A stretch of 64,000 bases of DNA from assembly GCA_002633005.1 (NCBI GenBank), contig NMRA01000177.1, positions 325,942 through 389,941 of the forward strand, read 5' to 3'. The translations under genes were made by a program, and so were the position numbers. A model generated the notes under the pieces. It ran no database searches and was not told the origin of the DNA. It saw only the letters and a list, made by a program, of their open reading frames with translations. Numbering within the stretch: position 1 is the stretch's first letter; every line of letters begins with the position of its first letter. Positions 12,330 through 25,700 of the stretch are shown piece by piece. The DNA comes from Phoronis australis. Its lineage: Eukaryota > Animalia > Phoronida.

Positions 12330-14307
12330 ATCCTGAACGCAATGAACTTGTGTGGTCAGAGCCCCTTCAGCTCTTGAATTGGGTCATTGATGATGCTGCA
12401 GTTTGTCTCATGTCCCTTTCAAGAGCTGTTGACAACCACAGTCTGACATAGGCAACACTCTAACATATCCATGTGCTTTGACTGCATGGTGGAGTTCTAT
12501 CGATTGTTCAAATGGATGCATATTAAGTATATCACATTTAATGGCTCGTTAAGGGTTGAGAGGCTTAAGCTTGTTAGGCTATGAGCAAACAGAGCATTAG
12601 AGTGGTTTACTGTCTTCTTTGTCTTGGCTCCAGTCGTCAGTAGGTGGATTGTTATGATAGTGCAGTAAAACATCTTCAATTTGAAGCACATAATAGTTGA
12701 ACCATGAAAATTTTCTTAGTGGATTTTTGGAGAAAAGTGAATAAGAAAAAGTTCTCAAGTTATTAACACAGTTTATGCTGTACATTTGTTGTTAACCAGT
12801 ACTTGGTGATATTGGGCGTTCTGTAAGCTTCTGACTAAATAACAGAAAAAAAGACAGTTTTGATGATTATTTTTGTTCTTACTTGAATGCATTTGACAGT
12901 AGTATTGGCAGCATTTGCCAAGCTTGTGTAGCAGCTTCTGATTTTAGAATCTGGGACATTTGTTTGATGTTTTTTGTCTTGATTTGATTGCTTAAACGGA
13001 TTAATGAGATTGGGAAAAGTTAATTTGTTTCTCTGCGATGTGTGGATGTGTCAGTCTCTTGGGTTCAGTTTCGTCAAAGCTAAAGCGCGCTGTTTAAGCT
13101 GTCCACCGTGACCCAGGGGAATTTATTGCATGAAATATTTACTTTACTAAATCCCAACTACACTAATTGATACTTAAAACACTTTTTACAACCAAGCACA
13201 ATGACATTTTTTTGCAATGTAACTTCTTTTGTAGAATGCGTTAGCTTTTTAAGATGGGAAGATAGTTTTCCTAGTTCTTCATGATTACGGTTTGAACCAA
13301 TCGCTGCTCTAGAGATTTGTCCTGCTGTTACTGTGGCCTACTTCACTCCTGTTTGATATTGTCTATTTTAACTTGACCCGGTTATCACTGACCTCCATCT
13401 CTATGGAAGCTTAGGAGAATGTAATTACCTTCCATCTACACTGTTATATAAAAGCCCTTGAATCTGTGCTGATTGCTTGTTGATCAGAAAGTGTTAGGAA
13501 GTCTTTACCTGGATTTGTAGACTAATGAATACAGAGAGGATGTGACCAGAAGTCAGTAGGTTCAACTTGGAGTTGATCAACAGAATGTGTTTTTGCCCAA
13601 CTTCTATTGTTTATCAGTGTTCTCCTTAATTGTATTCAAACTGCACCATCTTAGAAAAGTTCCGAAACCGTGATGTTTTGGAAAACTAATGAGCCGTGTT
13701 TGAAAAGTCCTAACCCATGTCCATATCTGAAGCCTTGTTTGAAAAGCCGGAGTTACAAGCCTTGTGATTAGATTAGTGGTGCGTAGTTGTACTTATTGTT
13801 TTTATTTGTGTTTTGCATTAAAAATGATGGTGACATGCCCAATAAGTGAAAATAATGTGTAACTAATTGTGTTTTTTTTTTGAATTAAGAGAAAGGAATA
13901 TAGAATACAAATACATTATCTGTAATTTGCACCACATTTGAATTTTTGCTCAGGAAGAACCCGGAAGATGTTTGTTGGATTGTATTGCGATGGAGTTACG
14001 GCGGTTTTTCAGTTGATATGACCGTCAATATGGCCGACAAGTGGAATTCTCTTTGTCAAATTTCTCCCCAAAAATGAACGATTAAGATAACTTTAGTCTA
14101 TTACTAACATGATATGTACTGCGTAAATGGCATCAAGCAACTTCTTGTAAGTTTTCCATTATTTACAGCCTTTGAAAAGCAAAAAATATGACAATTTTGG
14201 TAAATATTTTTGTGCGGAATAAGTGGAGTATTACCGTTGAAGTGTGATAATCCTAGGCATATCGGATGTCAGTATAGTTCTGTTTGTGCCCTCTTGGTTT
14301 GAGGCTC

Positions 14308-14392
14308 CACACACACACATGCACACACGCACACACACACGCGCGCGCACGCGCACGCACACGCACACGCACACACACACACATACACGCAC
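14308..14392. repeat. Compound (CA)n/(CG)n/(CACGCA)n microsatellite
   Basis: ~85 bp of alternating purine-pyrimidine. Confidence 0.95.
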
Positions 14393-16843
14393 TGTGTAGT
14401 CATTGCTGGCTTTCAATTCTCAAAAAGAAATGACAGCCACCGTGATTATGAATCAGACAGTGGGTGATATCACTCGCATTATAACAGTTTCCCCCAATGA
14501 ACCTGGTATTACTGTCAACCTGTGTTATAATTTATTTGTGCTCGAGTTGGATTTATTATCCATCGACCCACACACTGTCAGTGCGTCTTTAATAACCTAA
14601 TGGTGGTGATGACCTACGGTTGTGTATACATGTAACTGTTGCTTAATGTCATCCATCCCTAGAAACACCTGTGTATTATGATGACAATGTTAAAAGTTCA
14701 GTCAACCTGTGGCCATATCTGACTAGCTTGGGTTGCAGAGTGGTGGAAAAGGGGTTTTTCATTTCTTGTTTTTCACAAAAGATATGTAGCACCTAGCCAA
14801 GTTCTTTTAACGTCTCTATATTTTATACGGTAGACGCTGTTTGACGCTGCTTTAAGAAGTTGTGGGCAGTCACAACCACTGTAATAGCCTTTGAAAAATG
14901 AAAAGTCAATTTTGGTTGTTATTTTTGTCTGAAATTGGTGACGTCTTATCTATGTTCTCTCTTGGTTTGATCGAAATCTGACATCTCGTATCGGAGCAGA
15001 TCTCAAATTGCATGTTGTGTTTTTGCGTTTCATGTTTCCGTTCAGCTTGTTCACACCTACAGTTACACATTACTTTCACGTGCGCAGCGTGTCGTTCATC
15101 GTTGTACAGATAATGGAATGAAAATGTGTGCCTTAAGTTCTTGGAAAACTTAAGTTTGTTAAAAAATGCTCTAAAAACTTAAGTTTCTCTGATCGAAAAA
15201 GTTTTGAGATAGCAGTTGCTTTAACAAACTGCTTTCATCACGCTCTACATTTTCATGGAAACTAATTACTCTACTTTTTAAGTGGTGTACGGTAATCAGC
15301 GTTGTGGGGTTACTTTTTTGATTCCATTGCTCAAAAGCCGATGCAGTTAACAGGACACTTGGTAAAGTTTTTATTATCTGCAACATAGTCTGTTTGTGGA
15401 CAATAAAGAATTTCAGTTAGTATTTTTGGCTTTTCTTGACTGAAAAATTATCATGTTTATTTTAGTTATGAAGGTTGTAATAATGACACTAAAAGTCCTA
15501 TTGTTCAAGAGTAAGTAAACAGATATTGAAAATGAAGACTAAAAACTGAGAAAGTGTATAATGAAAACGAAAGTCATCACCAAACGACTTCTTAGTGGAA
15601 TCCCAAGTGAACACTTTAGATAGACAGGTGCCAGTTCATTTGCACTTCTGAGCCTGTTTACAACACATTTGCTGTCGACACTTCCTGGCACATTTGTGTT
15701 TTCAGTTGTAAAGTGCATTTGAGTTGTGAAAGTGATCCCTTATGTCTTGTTCTGGTATCACACATACTGTAACCAACAGGATATCATGTATACACCCTTT
15801 GTCACTTGTTTGTATTTGTTCACATGGTATCAAACTGTAACCAATCTTTGGTTTTTTCAGGAGCCTGCTCTATGGAATTCTCCACGACTCAGTCTCCTGT
15901 CTATGTGAGTATGACTTCGGTTGAGGACGTCAATGATATTTTGGGGTCATAGGATTCCGACTACATATAGTTGCTGAAATATATGGTAGTAATTTTTTCA
16001 GAAAAAATGTATTCATCAAAGAGTGATTACTACTATGGCTGTGGAAAATGCCATTTTAGAATTTCAAGTCTCACATATGTATGCTATTTGTGTGCCTTGT
16101 GAAAACCCGAATTTGCTGTAGTAATTTTTTCACTTTTTCCGTTACGTTGTGTCTTGCTGAGGTTCTAAATAAATCTTTCACTTCTCCCTCAGTTCAGGAA
16201 TACTGGCACGGATTCCCTTGTTACCGTGTTGTATTTTTGACTTGCACATCAGCCAAAAGGTGGCGCTAGCACACGTGTGATCTGTTGACTTTCAGAGACA
16301 ATCCCATTGGTTTTTATGTCCTATGACTTCAACTGGTTAGTGCCGTATCCAAGAAAACACTCTGCCCATTTGTCACTCAATTTCTCTTGTACAATTGCCA
16401 AATGACTGAAGCAGAAATTTGTGCGAACAATATTTATTGCCGATAAGAATGAGAGATACATTATCTTAAGCAGAAAGGCTTATCTACCTGGTAGTCCTCA
16501 CAAAAATACATCAAACATAGCAATGAACTATGGTATAAACAATGAAAGGGACGTGAAGTGAGACATTTCCTTATTAATAAACGTAGTAATTTATTCAATC
16601 TATAATTTGCACTGTAGAGGTCCCAGGTTGCACCTGTTAAGATGATATTGTTTACAAACGACATCTAGTGCTAGAAATAACACCTAAGCTTTTAAGCTTT
16701 AAAGTTTCTGGCCTATAAGTTGCAAGACATTAAAACCTGCAAAACGCGAAATTTAATTTCTATGATCTGATAATTTTTGCGACTTATTGTTGCTTATTCA
16801 TTTGGCATTGATATTTTTCAAATATTCTTAATAGTAATGATCA

Positions 16844-17133
16844 TTTTTATGCGCCCACATATTTATATGTGGACGCATTATGCCGTCATCTCTGTCCGTC
16901 CGTCCGTCCGTCCGTCCGTCCGTCCGTCCGTCCGGGCGGCGTCCGTCCGGCGTCCGGCGTCCGCTGCTCTATCTCCAAAACCCTTTGACATACGTTCATG
17001 AAATTTGGCACATATGTTCCATTCATGAATGGGACGGCATGTGCGAACTTTGGGACGGATCCGACTACCGGTGTGCCCCCTAGTGGCAATTTTAGTTTTT
17101 TACGCTTACCTTTGTATCTTCAAAAGTCCTGAA
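16844..17133 (+). mobile_element. Non-autonomous Helentron/DINE-1-like element, 5' part, truncated by an assembly n
   Basis: Begins in a T-run; 5' hairpin atgcgcccacata-ttta-tatgtggacgcat (16849-16878); (TCCG)10 at 16895-16934; ATCTC...ATGAAATTTGG core. Absent from the duplicate copy near 18812. Confidence 0.8.
17074..17087 (-). promoter_or_regulatory. CTCF-consensus motif GCCACTAGGGGGCA
   Basis: Matches the CCASYAGRKGGCR core; lies inside the Helentron-like element. Binding is not shown. Confidence 0.5.
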
Positions 17134-18893
17134 NACTTAAGTTAGTTAAAAATGCTCTAAAAACTTAAGTTTCTCTGATCGAAAAAGTTTTGAGATAGCA
17201 GTTGCTTTAATAAACTGCTTTCATCACGCTCTACATTTTCATGGAAACTAATTACTCTACTTTTTAAGTGGTGTACGGTAATCAGCGTTGTGGGGTTACT
17301 TTTTTGATTCCATTGCTCAAAAGCCGATACAGTTAACAGGACACTTGGTAAAGTTTTTATTATCTGCAACATAGTCTGTTTGTGGACAATAAAGAATTTC
17401 AGTTAGTATTTTTGGCTTTTCTTGACTGAAAAATTATCGTGTTTATTTTAGTTATGAAGGTTGTAATAATGACACTAAAAGTCCTACTGTTCAAGAGTAA
17501 GTAAACAGATATTGAAAATGAAGACTTAAAACTAGGAAAGTGTATAATAAAAACGAAAGTTTCATCACCAAATGACTTCTTAGTGGAATCCCAAGTGAAC
17601 ACTTTAGATAGACAGGTGCCAGTTCACTTGCATTTCGGAGCCTGTTTACAACACATTTGCTGTGGACACTTCCTGGCACATTTGTGTTTTAAGTTGTAAA
17701 GTGCACTTGAGTTGTGAAGGTGATCACTTATGTCTTGTTCTCGTATCACACAGACTGTAACCAACAGGATATCATGTATACACACTTTGTCACTTGTATT
17801 TGTTCTCATGGTTCCAAGCTGTAACCAATCTTTGGTTTTTTCAGGAGCCTGCTCTATGGAATTCTCCACGACTCAGTCTCCTGTCTATGTGAGTATAACT
17901 TCGGTTGAGGACGTCAATGATATTTTGGGGTCATAGGATTCCGACTACATATAGTTGCTGAAATATATGGTAGTAATTTTTTCAGAAAAAAGTATTCATC
18001 ACAGAGTGATTACTACTATGGCTGTGGAAAATGCCATTTTAGAATTTCAAGTCTCACATATGTATGCTATTTGTGTGCCTTGTGAAAACCCGAATTTGCT
18101 GTAGTAATTTTTTCACTTTTTTCGTTACGTTGTGTCTTGCTGAGTTTCTAAATAAATCTTTCACTTCTCCCTCAGTTCAGGAATACTGTGGTGTGTTTTT
18201 GACTTGCACATCAGCCAAAAGGTGGCGCTAGCACACGTGTGATCTGTTGACTTTCAGAGACAAATCCCATTGGTTTTTATGTCCTATGACTTCAACTGGT
18301 TAGTGCCCTAACCAAGAAAACTTTTTGCCCATTTGTCACTCAATTTCTCTTGTACAGTTGCCAAATGACTGAAGAAGAAATTTGTGCGAACAATATTTAT
18401 TGATGAGATGAATAAGAGATACATTATCTTGAGCAAAGAGGCTTATCTATCAGGTAGTCCTCACAAAAATACATACATCAAACATAGCAATGAACAATGG
18501 TATAAACAATGAAAGTGACGTGAAGTGAGACATTTCCTTATTAATAAACGTAGTAATTTATTGAATCTACAATTTGCACTGTAGAGGTCTCAGGTTGCAC
18601 CTGTTAAGGTCAATATTGTTTGCAATTGACATCTAGTGCTAGAAATAACACCTAAGCTTTTAAGCTTTTAAGTTTTTGGCCGTTAAGTTGCAAGACATTA
18701 AAACCTGCAAAATGCGAAATTTAATTTCTATGATCTGATCATTTTTGCGACTTATTGTTGCTTATTCATTCAGCATGGATATTTTTCAAATATTCTTTAT
18801 AGTAATGATCATTTTTTATATTAATGTGAACTTTCTGGATCTTGTTGCTGTCATGATGAGAATATCTTGAGCTAAGAAAGTCCAGAAGTTACC

Positions 18894-20035
18894 CAACTCA
18901 TCCTGAAAAGTTGCCCAATTTGTCAATTGTGTCATTCAGACTGATGTTTGTTTGAATTAGAACTCATTGATCTCTTATGAATATTTTTCAAAAAAGCACA
19001 GTACTGAAAAATTGCTAAGGTCAGTAGATATGGGGACCCCGTTCGTCACCATCTTCTCCACGCAATTTAGTAATCGCACAGGTGGTCTGGCTCGTGCAGG
19101 CTTAAATGTGTCCATTTTACTTTTAGGGGGGCGGTACTCTAGTTGTTGCATTCCCCGAGGACACTGGGATAGCCGAGGGCGCAGAGATCTACCTCATCTA
19201 TCAGGGCTCGGCCCAGCGTCACACGTCGTCTACCACATTCATCCGCGAGGCCAACACTATCCAAGCTAATATTCCAGGTAGGTGGCGCTAGTAGGCAGGG
19301 AGCAGCGACATCTTTGTTGTTGGGAACTTAAGTGCCGTTATTTTCCGTCGACCTTTGTAAGTTGCAATGCAGTTTTTCACTTTAACATTCTTTCAGTAAA
19401 CCACGTCAGTGGTATCAGAAGAATTTTGTTTCTTGTCTTGTCGTGGAGTTGCAGTTATATTTTGNCAATTTGTCCTGAAAAGTTGCCCAATTTGTCAATT
19501 ATGTCCTTCAGACTTACGTTTCTTTGAATTAGAACTCATTGATCTCTTATGAATATTTTTCAAAAAGCATAGTACGGATAAATTGTTATGGTCAGTAGAT
19601 ATGGGGACCCGGTTGGCTGCCACCTTCTCCAGGCAATTAAATAAATGTACAGATGGTCTGGGTCGTGCAGGCTTAAATGTGTCCATTTTACTTTTAGGGG
19701 GGCGGTACTCTAGTTGTTGCATTCCCCGAGGACACTGGGATAGCCGAGGGCGCAGAGATCTACCTCATCTATCAGGGCTCGGCCCAGCGTCACACGTCGT
19801 CTACCACATTCATCCGCGAGGCCAACACTATCCAAGCTAATATTCCAGGTAGGTGGCGCTAGTAGGCAGGGAGCAGCGACATCTTTGTTGTTGGGAACTT
19901 AAGTGCCGTTATTTTCCGTCGACCTTTGTAAGTTGCAATGCAGTTTTTCACTTTAACATTCTTTCAGTAAACCACGTCAGTGGTATCAGAAGAATTTTGT
20001 TTCTTGTCTTGTCGTGGAGTTGCAGTTATATTTTG
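18894..20035. repeat. Direct duplication of ~570 bp (18894-19464 and 19466-20035) around n at 19465
   Basis: First ~200 bp diverged, last ~370 bp apparently identical; duplicated ORFs in the track. Confidence 0.92.
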
Positions 20036-22726
20036 TGCCCGCTCATCTTGAAACAACTGTGAAGGAAGTATGGTGTCTATCCAGAAAATATCTGTTGGGT
20101 CACGTGACACTGAAAGTAACCCTCTGATAAGATTAAAAACGAATGCATTAGTAGGCCCAAATGCCGCACTGACTTCGGATGCACTTTCTCGTCCCAATTA
20201 GGCATGTCCTCTAAACACTCTGGTGTCATTTTTGTGATATTGGTTGCAGTTCGCACTGTTCACGAAGTGCATTGGACTGGGCAGCCAATTGTCATTTACA
20301 AATCCATTTATAAACTGCTGTCTAAGTATGTGGAGCTTTATTTACATACCTGCCATGTTGTTTGACTCGTTTGGTGCGGTCTGTGATTACGGTCTTTTTT
20401 ACTTGCGTTAGATTTCATCAGTTGGATGCCTAAATAAATGATTCCATTTCGCGTATTTGATTTGTCGCAAACACTCTAATCCTCTCTCACCTGACACTTT
20501 CACTTTGGAGTTTGAAAGGACTAGTCACTGGTTCGACGTTACCATGACGATGCAGAAAGTGAGCCGTGAAAGCGGAAATGTCATGTTGTGGACAAAAGCG
20601 TAAGCTTGGCATAACTCCTTCCAAGAAATGTTGTTTCACACTTACTTTAAACTGTTGTGAATCCCTTGGGCAAACACTGTGTTGGCTAACCCTCCGTTAT
20701 CAGACACGGTTAAACACTGATGTCGCAATATGCTAACCTTCATAACACTGGTCTATATATTCTGATACTGCTGCAGTTTGGTCTAATTTCACCATTTTCA
20801 TGCAAAATTTATTTTATACAAAATTAATTGGCAAAATTATCTTCTTTCATTTTTCAAAGTTTTCTGATTGCTGTGTATGCCTGTGTGCCCATAAATTTTC
20901 AATATATTGTCCGTAGTAGTTAAGATACTGAGTTTGAACATGGAAAAACATCAATTTGGTGCTATGTGTGTTTTTGTGAAAAAATGAGATTATGAATTTT
21001 TTCACTTTTTGACCACATCGTGTCCCACTGTAGTTGTTTTCATTGAAGAGTGCCCTTCTCTAGTCTAAACTGTCTTTTAGCTGCAGTTGGTTTTGAAACA
21101 TTCGATCATTGTAGTTACGTCGGAGTTTTCTACAGACATCCAACGGGGCGTACGTTCAGAACTAACAGCTGTTCAGGCAACGTACCGTTGGGTGTTTCTA
21201 TACTAGAGAATTTCCGGCACCCTTTCCTCACTGAAATACACTGATGTTGATATCCCCACAGGTAGCAGTTTATTGTTGACATTTTTGACAATTTTTCCTT
21301 GTATTAGTTAAGTTTTCGGTTTCCATTTCTCACGAAATTGTTGAAAGTTTTAGCATTCCGCCATGTGTTTTTTCCCCCAAATGTACGCATTGGCCGCATC
21401 TGCTGACCATTTCCCTTGTATATGGCCACTGTTACTTATCTGTTATGAAAAACTGAAGAAAATAAAAATTTATTTGCCTGCCATCTGGTGTCAAATGGAA
21501 AACTAATTAAGTTGCTGATGGGTGTTGTGCTTGTAAAGATAGTAACAAGTTTACGCAGGCGTAAACAGCATGTCCAGGTAATGTTTCTTGAAATCCCTCC
21601 CTGTGAAATCCATTCATTCCGTCTGCGCTGGCTTGCGGTTGATTCGAGGAAAGAACATTGTTTGCCGGTAGCCGCAGCTGGGCACTTGCTTGGTTGTGGT
21701 CAGCCTGCAGTCCCACATGTTGATGGCTTAATAAGTGACCTGTAACCAGCAGGAGATGCTTAAGTTATGAACAGTGCACTGCATATTAAAAGATTACAAT
21801 AGGGTTTGTGGGAAAAGTGTATAATTTATTGCAGTAACTAATCATATGAAGTATTTTTCTGTTCAGCTGGTTGATCTGGTGGTGTGTTACGCAACGTCTG
21901 TCTAATGTCTTGGCATTCCTCAGGATTATGATTTTGTCATGGTTCCTTGATTTATGACTTCCCCACATTGTCCTCCCCCATCTGCTGAATGACATGGACT
22001 CTCCTGTCCCTGACAAGTGCTTGATCAAATATCAGCATATTTGCTGGTCATTCATCCAGGAGACACTTTAGCTCATCACCTTCATTCCTTGCGGACATTC
22101 CTGGACTGATCACATGATTTGCGGGTCTTCCTATTAGTTCTGAGCAAACTATTCAAACTATGCATTTTGAATTTTGACACCGTCCGACTTGGACCTTGAT
22201 AAGGCTCTGCTGAAGTAGTTTTGTAGGAGTTTACGCTGTACTGCTATTCGACTTGGTCTGATTTGGACCATAACTGGACTCTCGATTGTGGCTGAATATT
22301 GTCTCTTGTGTATTATTTGTGAACTGGCGATGAGATACAGTTTGCGGAGATATGTGTATCAACTCGAGACGAACTCTCTTTCCATATGTGTTCTGAAACT
22401 GCTCGGTGTTGTGTTTGGCCACTTCACGTAGGGCATAATTCACAGTGACTGAGTAGTGAAATCAATATCACATCACTTCGCAATTAGAAAGGGTGTTTTT
22501 TATACAAACTGAATTGAAATAAGCGTTCATCACGACAAAGTTCAATTTGAATTACAACTTGTGACAGCTTATTTATTTATCGATCCATCAGACCTGATAC
22601 ACAACCAGTCCTCTAATGTATATTGTGCAGCTTATTGAAACATTTTCTAAGTTTGTTTTGTGTATTTTCACACCATTACTCATGGATCGTGGTCAGTAAC
22701 TGATGATACAAGTGGACTGGTCTGAC

Positions 22727-22771
22727 GAGGCAAGAGGCAAACACTATCGAGGCAAGAGGCAAACACTATCC
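22727..22771. repeat. 22-bp tandem duplication cgaggcaagaggcaaacactat x2
   Basis: Direct reading. Confidence 0.9.
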
Positions 22772-25700
22772 GTTTGTCAATTCTTCAAAAAACTGCTTCT
22801 ATTTTGTAATGACTTTAGACGAGTTTCCAATCTCCGAAACGATTAGTTTGTTTAGTTGGCTGGGCGTTCATTGATAGATCCCAGTCGGATATCAGTAAGT
22901 CTAGATAATTTATGTTCATGTTACTATCAAACGCAAGCCTTCCCTCTGAGTATTAGAGAGCTAGGCTGTAACCTTTTGTATTCACTCGACTCGCCAACTT
23001 AGATAGTTGGTTTGACCAATGTGGTATTTGGTTTAACGGGCTCGCCCAGTGTAAGCCTAGTGTAACTACATTTTGCGAACAATCATTTTCTTGGATCTAT
23101 CATTGTTAAGGGAGCAGTTGGAGTGTTGGACTGTCCTTGTGCGTTTCCTTGGAAACAATTATTGTCAGATGGTGGAGTTGTGAGTGATAAAAGACCAATT
23201 ATTTCTCGTAGTTGGATTACGTCTTTGATTTTATCGTGGAATCTGAAGACTATCCGAGAGGTTGCACACTCGGCAAGGTAAGTGTTTCCTAAAGGATGTG
23301 ACTTTTTAAAGGCCCTGCAGTATTTTATCAACTTGAATACTATCAGAATACAGTCTTTTTTGTCGTTGACTATGTCATTCACCCACGTAGAAAGATTTTC
23401 TATGAACAGTGTGAAGTTTGAAGTTATTCTTTAATTTTGTACGTTATAAATCACATTTTAAGAACTGGGAGTGTGTCAAAAATCAGAGCTGCTGGATATC
23501 TGTGCAGACCAGGCCAAGTCTTTTGCAGAGATAAGATTGACTGAACAGAAATTCCAGAAATTCTTCTCGAATATGGAAATTGACCATCTGTGTGGTGGTT
23601 TCAGAATAGATAGAATTAGTTTGGAGGAATACGGGCGAGCTCGTGCTGAATTTAGGTGGAAGGCTAGAATTGAATATATTTAGTTCTGATATGCTCTTAT
23701 TGGGCTCACTTTCAAGTTGTGAAATAACGCACATTTTGCCAAAGTTTTTTGCATGGAGTGAATTTGGTAAAAAAAATTGTTCAATTAGTTCTCTGACTGC
23801 AGGAATTGTCATGTCTTGTATGTGTCAGCAGCTGTTGGGAGAAAGTGGATTTGCCTCGTGCGTTAGTTTTATCTATAGCCCTGTGTTGCGCCATCTTTGA
23901 AATTCAGTGCTTTGGTTTGTGTTTTGGAGTAGAATCCTTTGTTTGTGTTGTTTAATTGCTGAGTTAGCGTTCCTGGTTACAAATATTCAAAAGACAGGAC
24001 TGACAGATTCAAGTTCCATTATTGGTTTGATGGAAGGATTATTCCTTTGTCACGCTTAGGATTTCTGCTTGACCTTATTAATGTGAGAAATAGTGCCTAG
24101 ATCAAAAGCGGGGTTTAACCCCTCTTTTCTTTGTAACTACTTGTAAATGCCATGTTTCATGCACATGTCTCTCACCTGTGTTTGTGGCAGTGTTGTGATA
24201 ATATTTGTACCATTTCCTCTGTGTCATTATCTTAGAGGGGTGCCTGGACAGTTGTTAATATGACCCTCTCCTGTTATGTTTTTGTAAATATTATCTCAGT
24301 TAAGTGTATCAACATGTGGTCTGGCTCATTTTTCAATGGGTATCAGTTTGACAGTGGCGTGTAAAAAGTTACGAAAACATGTTTTTGCTACTGGTTTTGG
24401 AGGAAAACTGGTGGCATTTAGACATTGACATACAAGATCTGCGGTTGTATTTCGAGCTCATTGGGTAATTTTTATTTCAAACCGACATCAATTTACTTGT
24501 TGCAAACCCCTGGACGATGTGGTTGTGTCTTCAAAGGTCAACAGGTGCATTCTGAGAAGTCTGTGGCTGTGTCAAGTGTCCTAGTTAAAGGCATAAATAT
24601 TCCAGGAATGTGTAGTCACTCCACTTATTGCATGTCTGAGGAAGATTGACTATCACAAAGTCAACACAGTGGTCTGCTTGCTGGTTGAAAGACATCTTTG
24701 CAAATTCGTGAATGTATAATTCTGATACTGGAGTTTATTCAGATTGGAGTTCTGTATTTCCTAAATGGTCTGCTGTGGTCGTAATTGCTGGTCTTTGTCT
24801 TCGTCTTAAAAAGTCGTTTTTGTCTCGTCTAACTTCTGTCGTAGACCTTGTTCGTGATTGCTTAAGTTATCTTTTTTTCAATTTTTCAAAGACATTACTT
24901 CTATGGAAATTATAGAAACTTTGCAGTTGTTTTTCCAAATTTACATTGTAGAAACCATGGTAATTATGAAGACTGTAAATTTCGTAATATTTATTTTGGT
25001 TGATGAATTTGACTAAATAAAGTTTCACTTGTAGGACATATGGTAAAATCTCGCCAGTTTAGAACACAATATGGCCGGCAGCTGAAATTTTATTATCTTA
25101 TTTTTTCATGCCAAATAGATATACAGCACAAAACCAATGCTTCATAATGTTCAGGTTCCGTGTGCTATCTACCATCACACAAAATTTAGAAAACTCTTGG
25201 GCACTCGCAACTATGTTAGAGGGTAATTATTTTGTTCCAAAATTGGGGAGATTGTATTGTATTGTGTTGTGTAAAGGTCAAAATTTACCATAATTGCTGT
25301 TGGTTTATTTGGTGTTAAGGTTCCTCTGTAACAACTTTTGCTATAAATTGTTGAAAAGATGCGGGCTGTGACATCTGTTGATGTTGTCCGTAACTCAATG
25401 CACGGTTTCTTGTGTTACTTGAAATCTGTTTATAACGAATACTGTTCCAAGTAGGATTACTGTCAGATGTTTGCTAAAACTTTCGTATATTGTTGACTAC
25501 TGTTGATAGCATTGAAGATACAATAATTTTTGTCTGGAATGTACCAGACTTGTATCATACAAAATGTGGAAGTGTTAATATTAATTATAAGATTCCAGTA
25601 CCTGTTTTTAGGCCTGTATTCTCCTAAGGTTGATCTCACCTGCATTAAAAGCCGTTTGTCAGATCAAAGAAAACATTAACCACTTCAAAAAGTAGTGGGG

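Larger units (their letters stand above)
15148..18817. repeat. Direct duplication of ~1.7 kb (15148-16848 and 17135-18817) around n at 17134
   Basis: Colinear copies with scattered substitutions and indels; near-identical ORFs 15171-15386 and 17157-17372; the second copy starts immediately after the n. Confidence 0.92.

Noticed and set aside
21519-21584. MGVVLVKIVTSLRRRKQHVQ followed by CAG|gtaatg
   Set aside because: Good donor but phase 0, out of frame with exon 28283; at most a non-coding exon.
23471-23683. Protein-looking ORF (SELLDICADQAKSF...EEYGRARAEF)
   Set aside because: Its only donor-like site (AG|gtggaa) is weak and phase 2, while the next acceptor needs phase 1; no recognisable homology.
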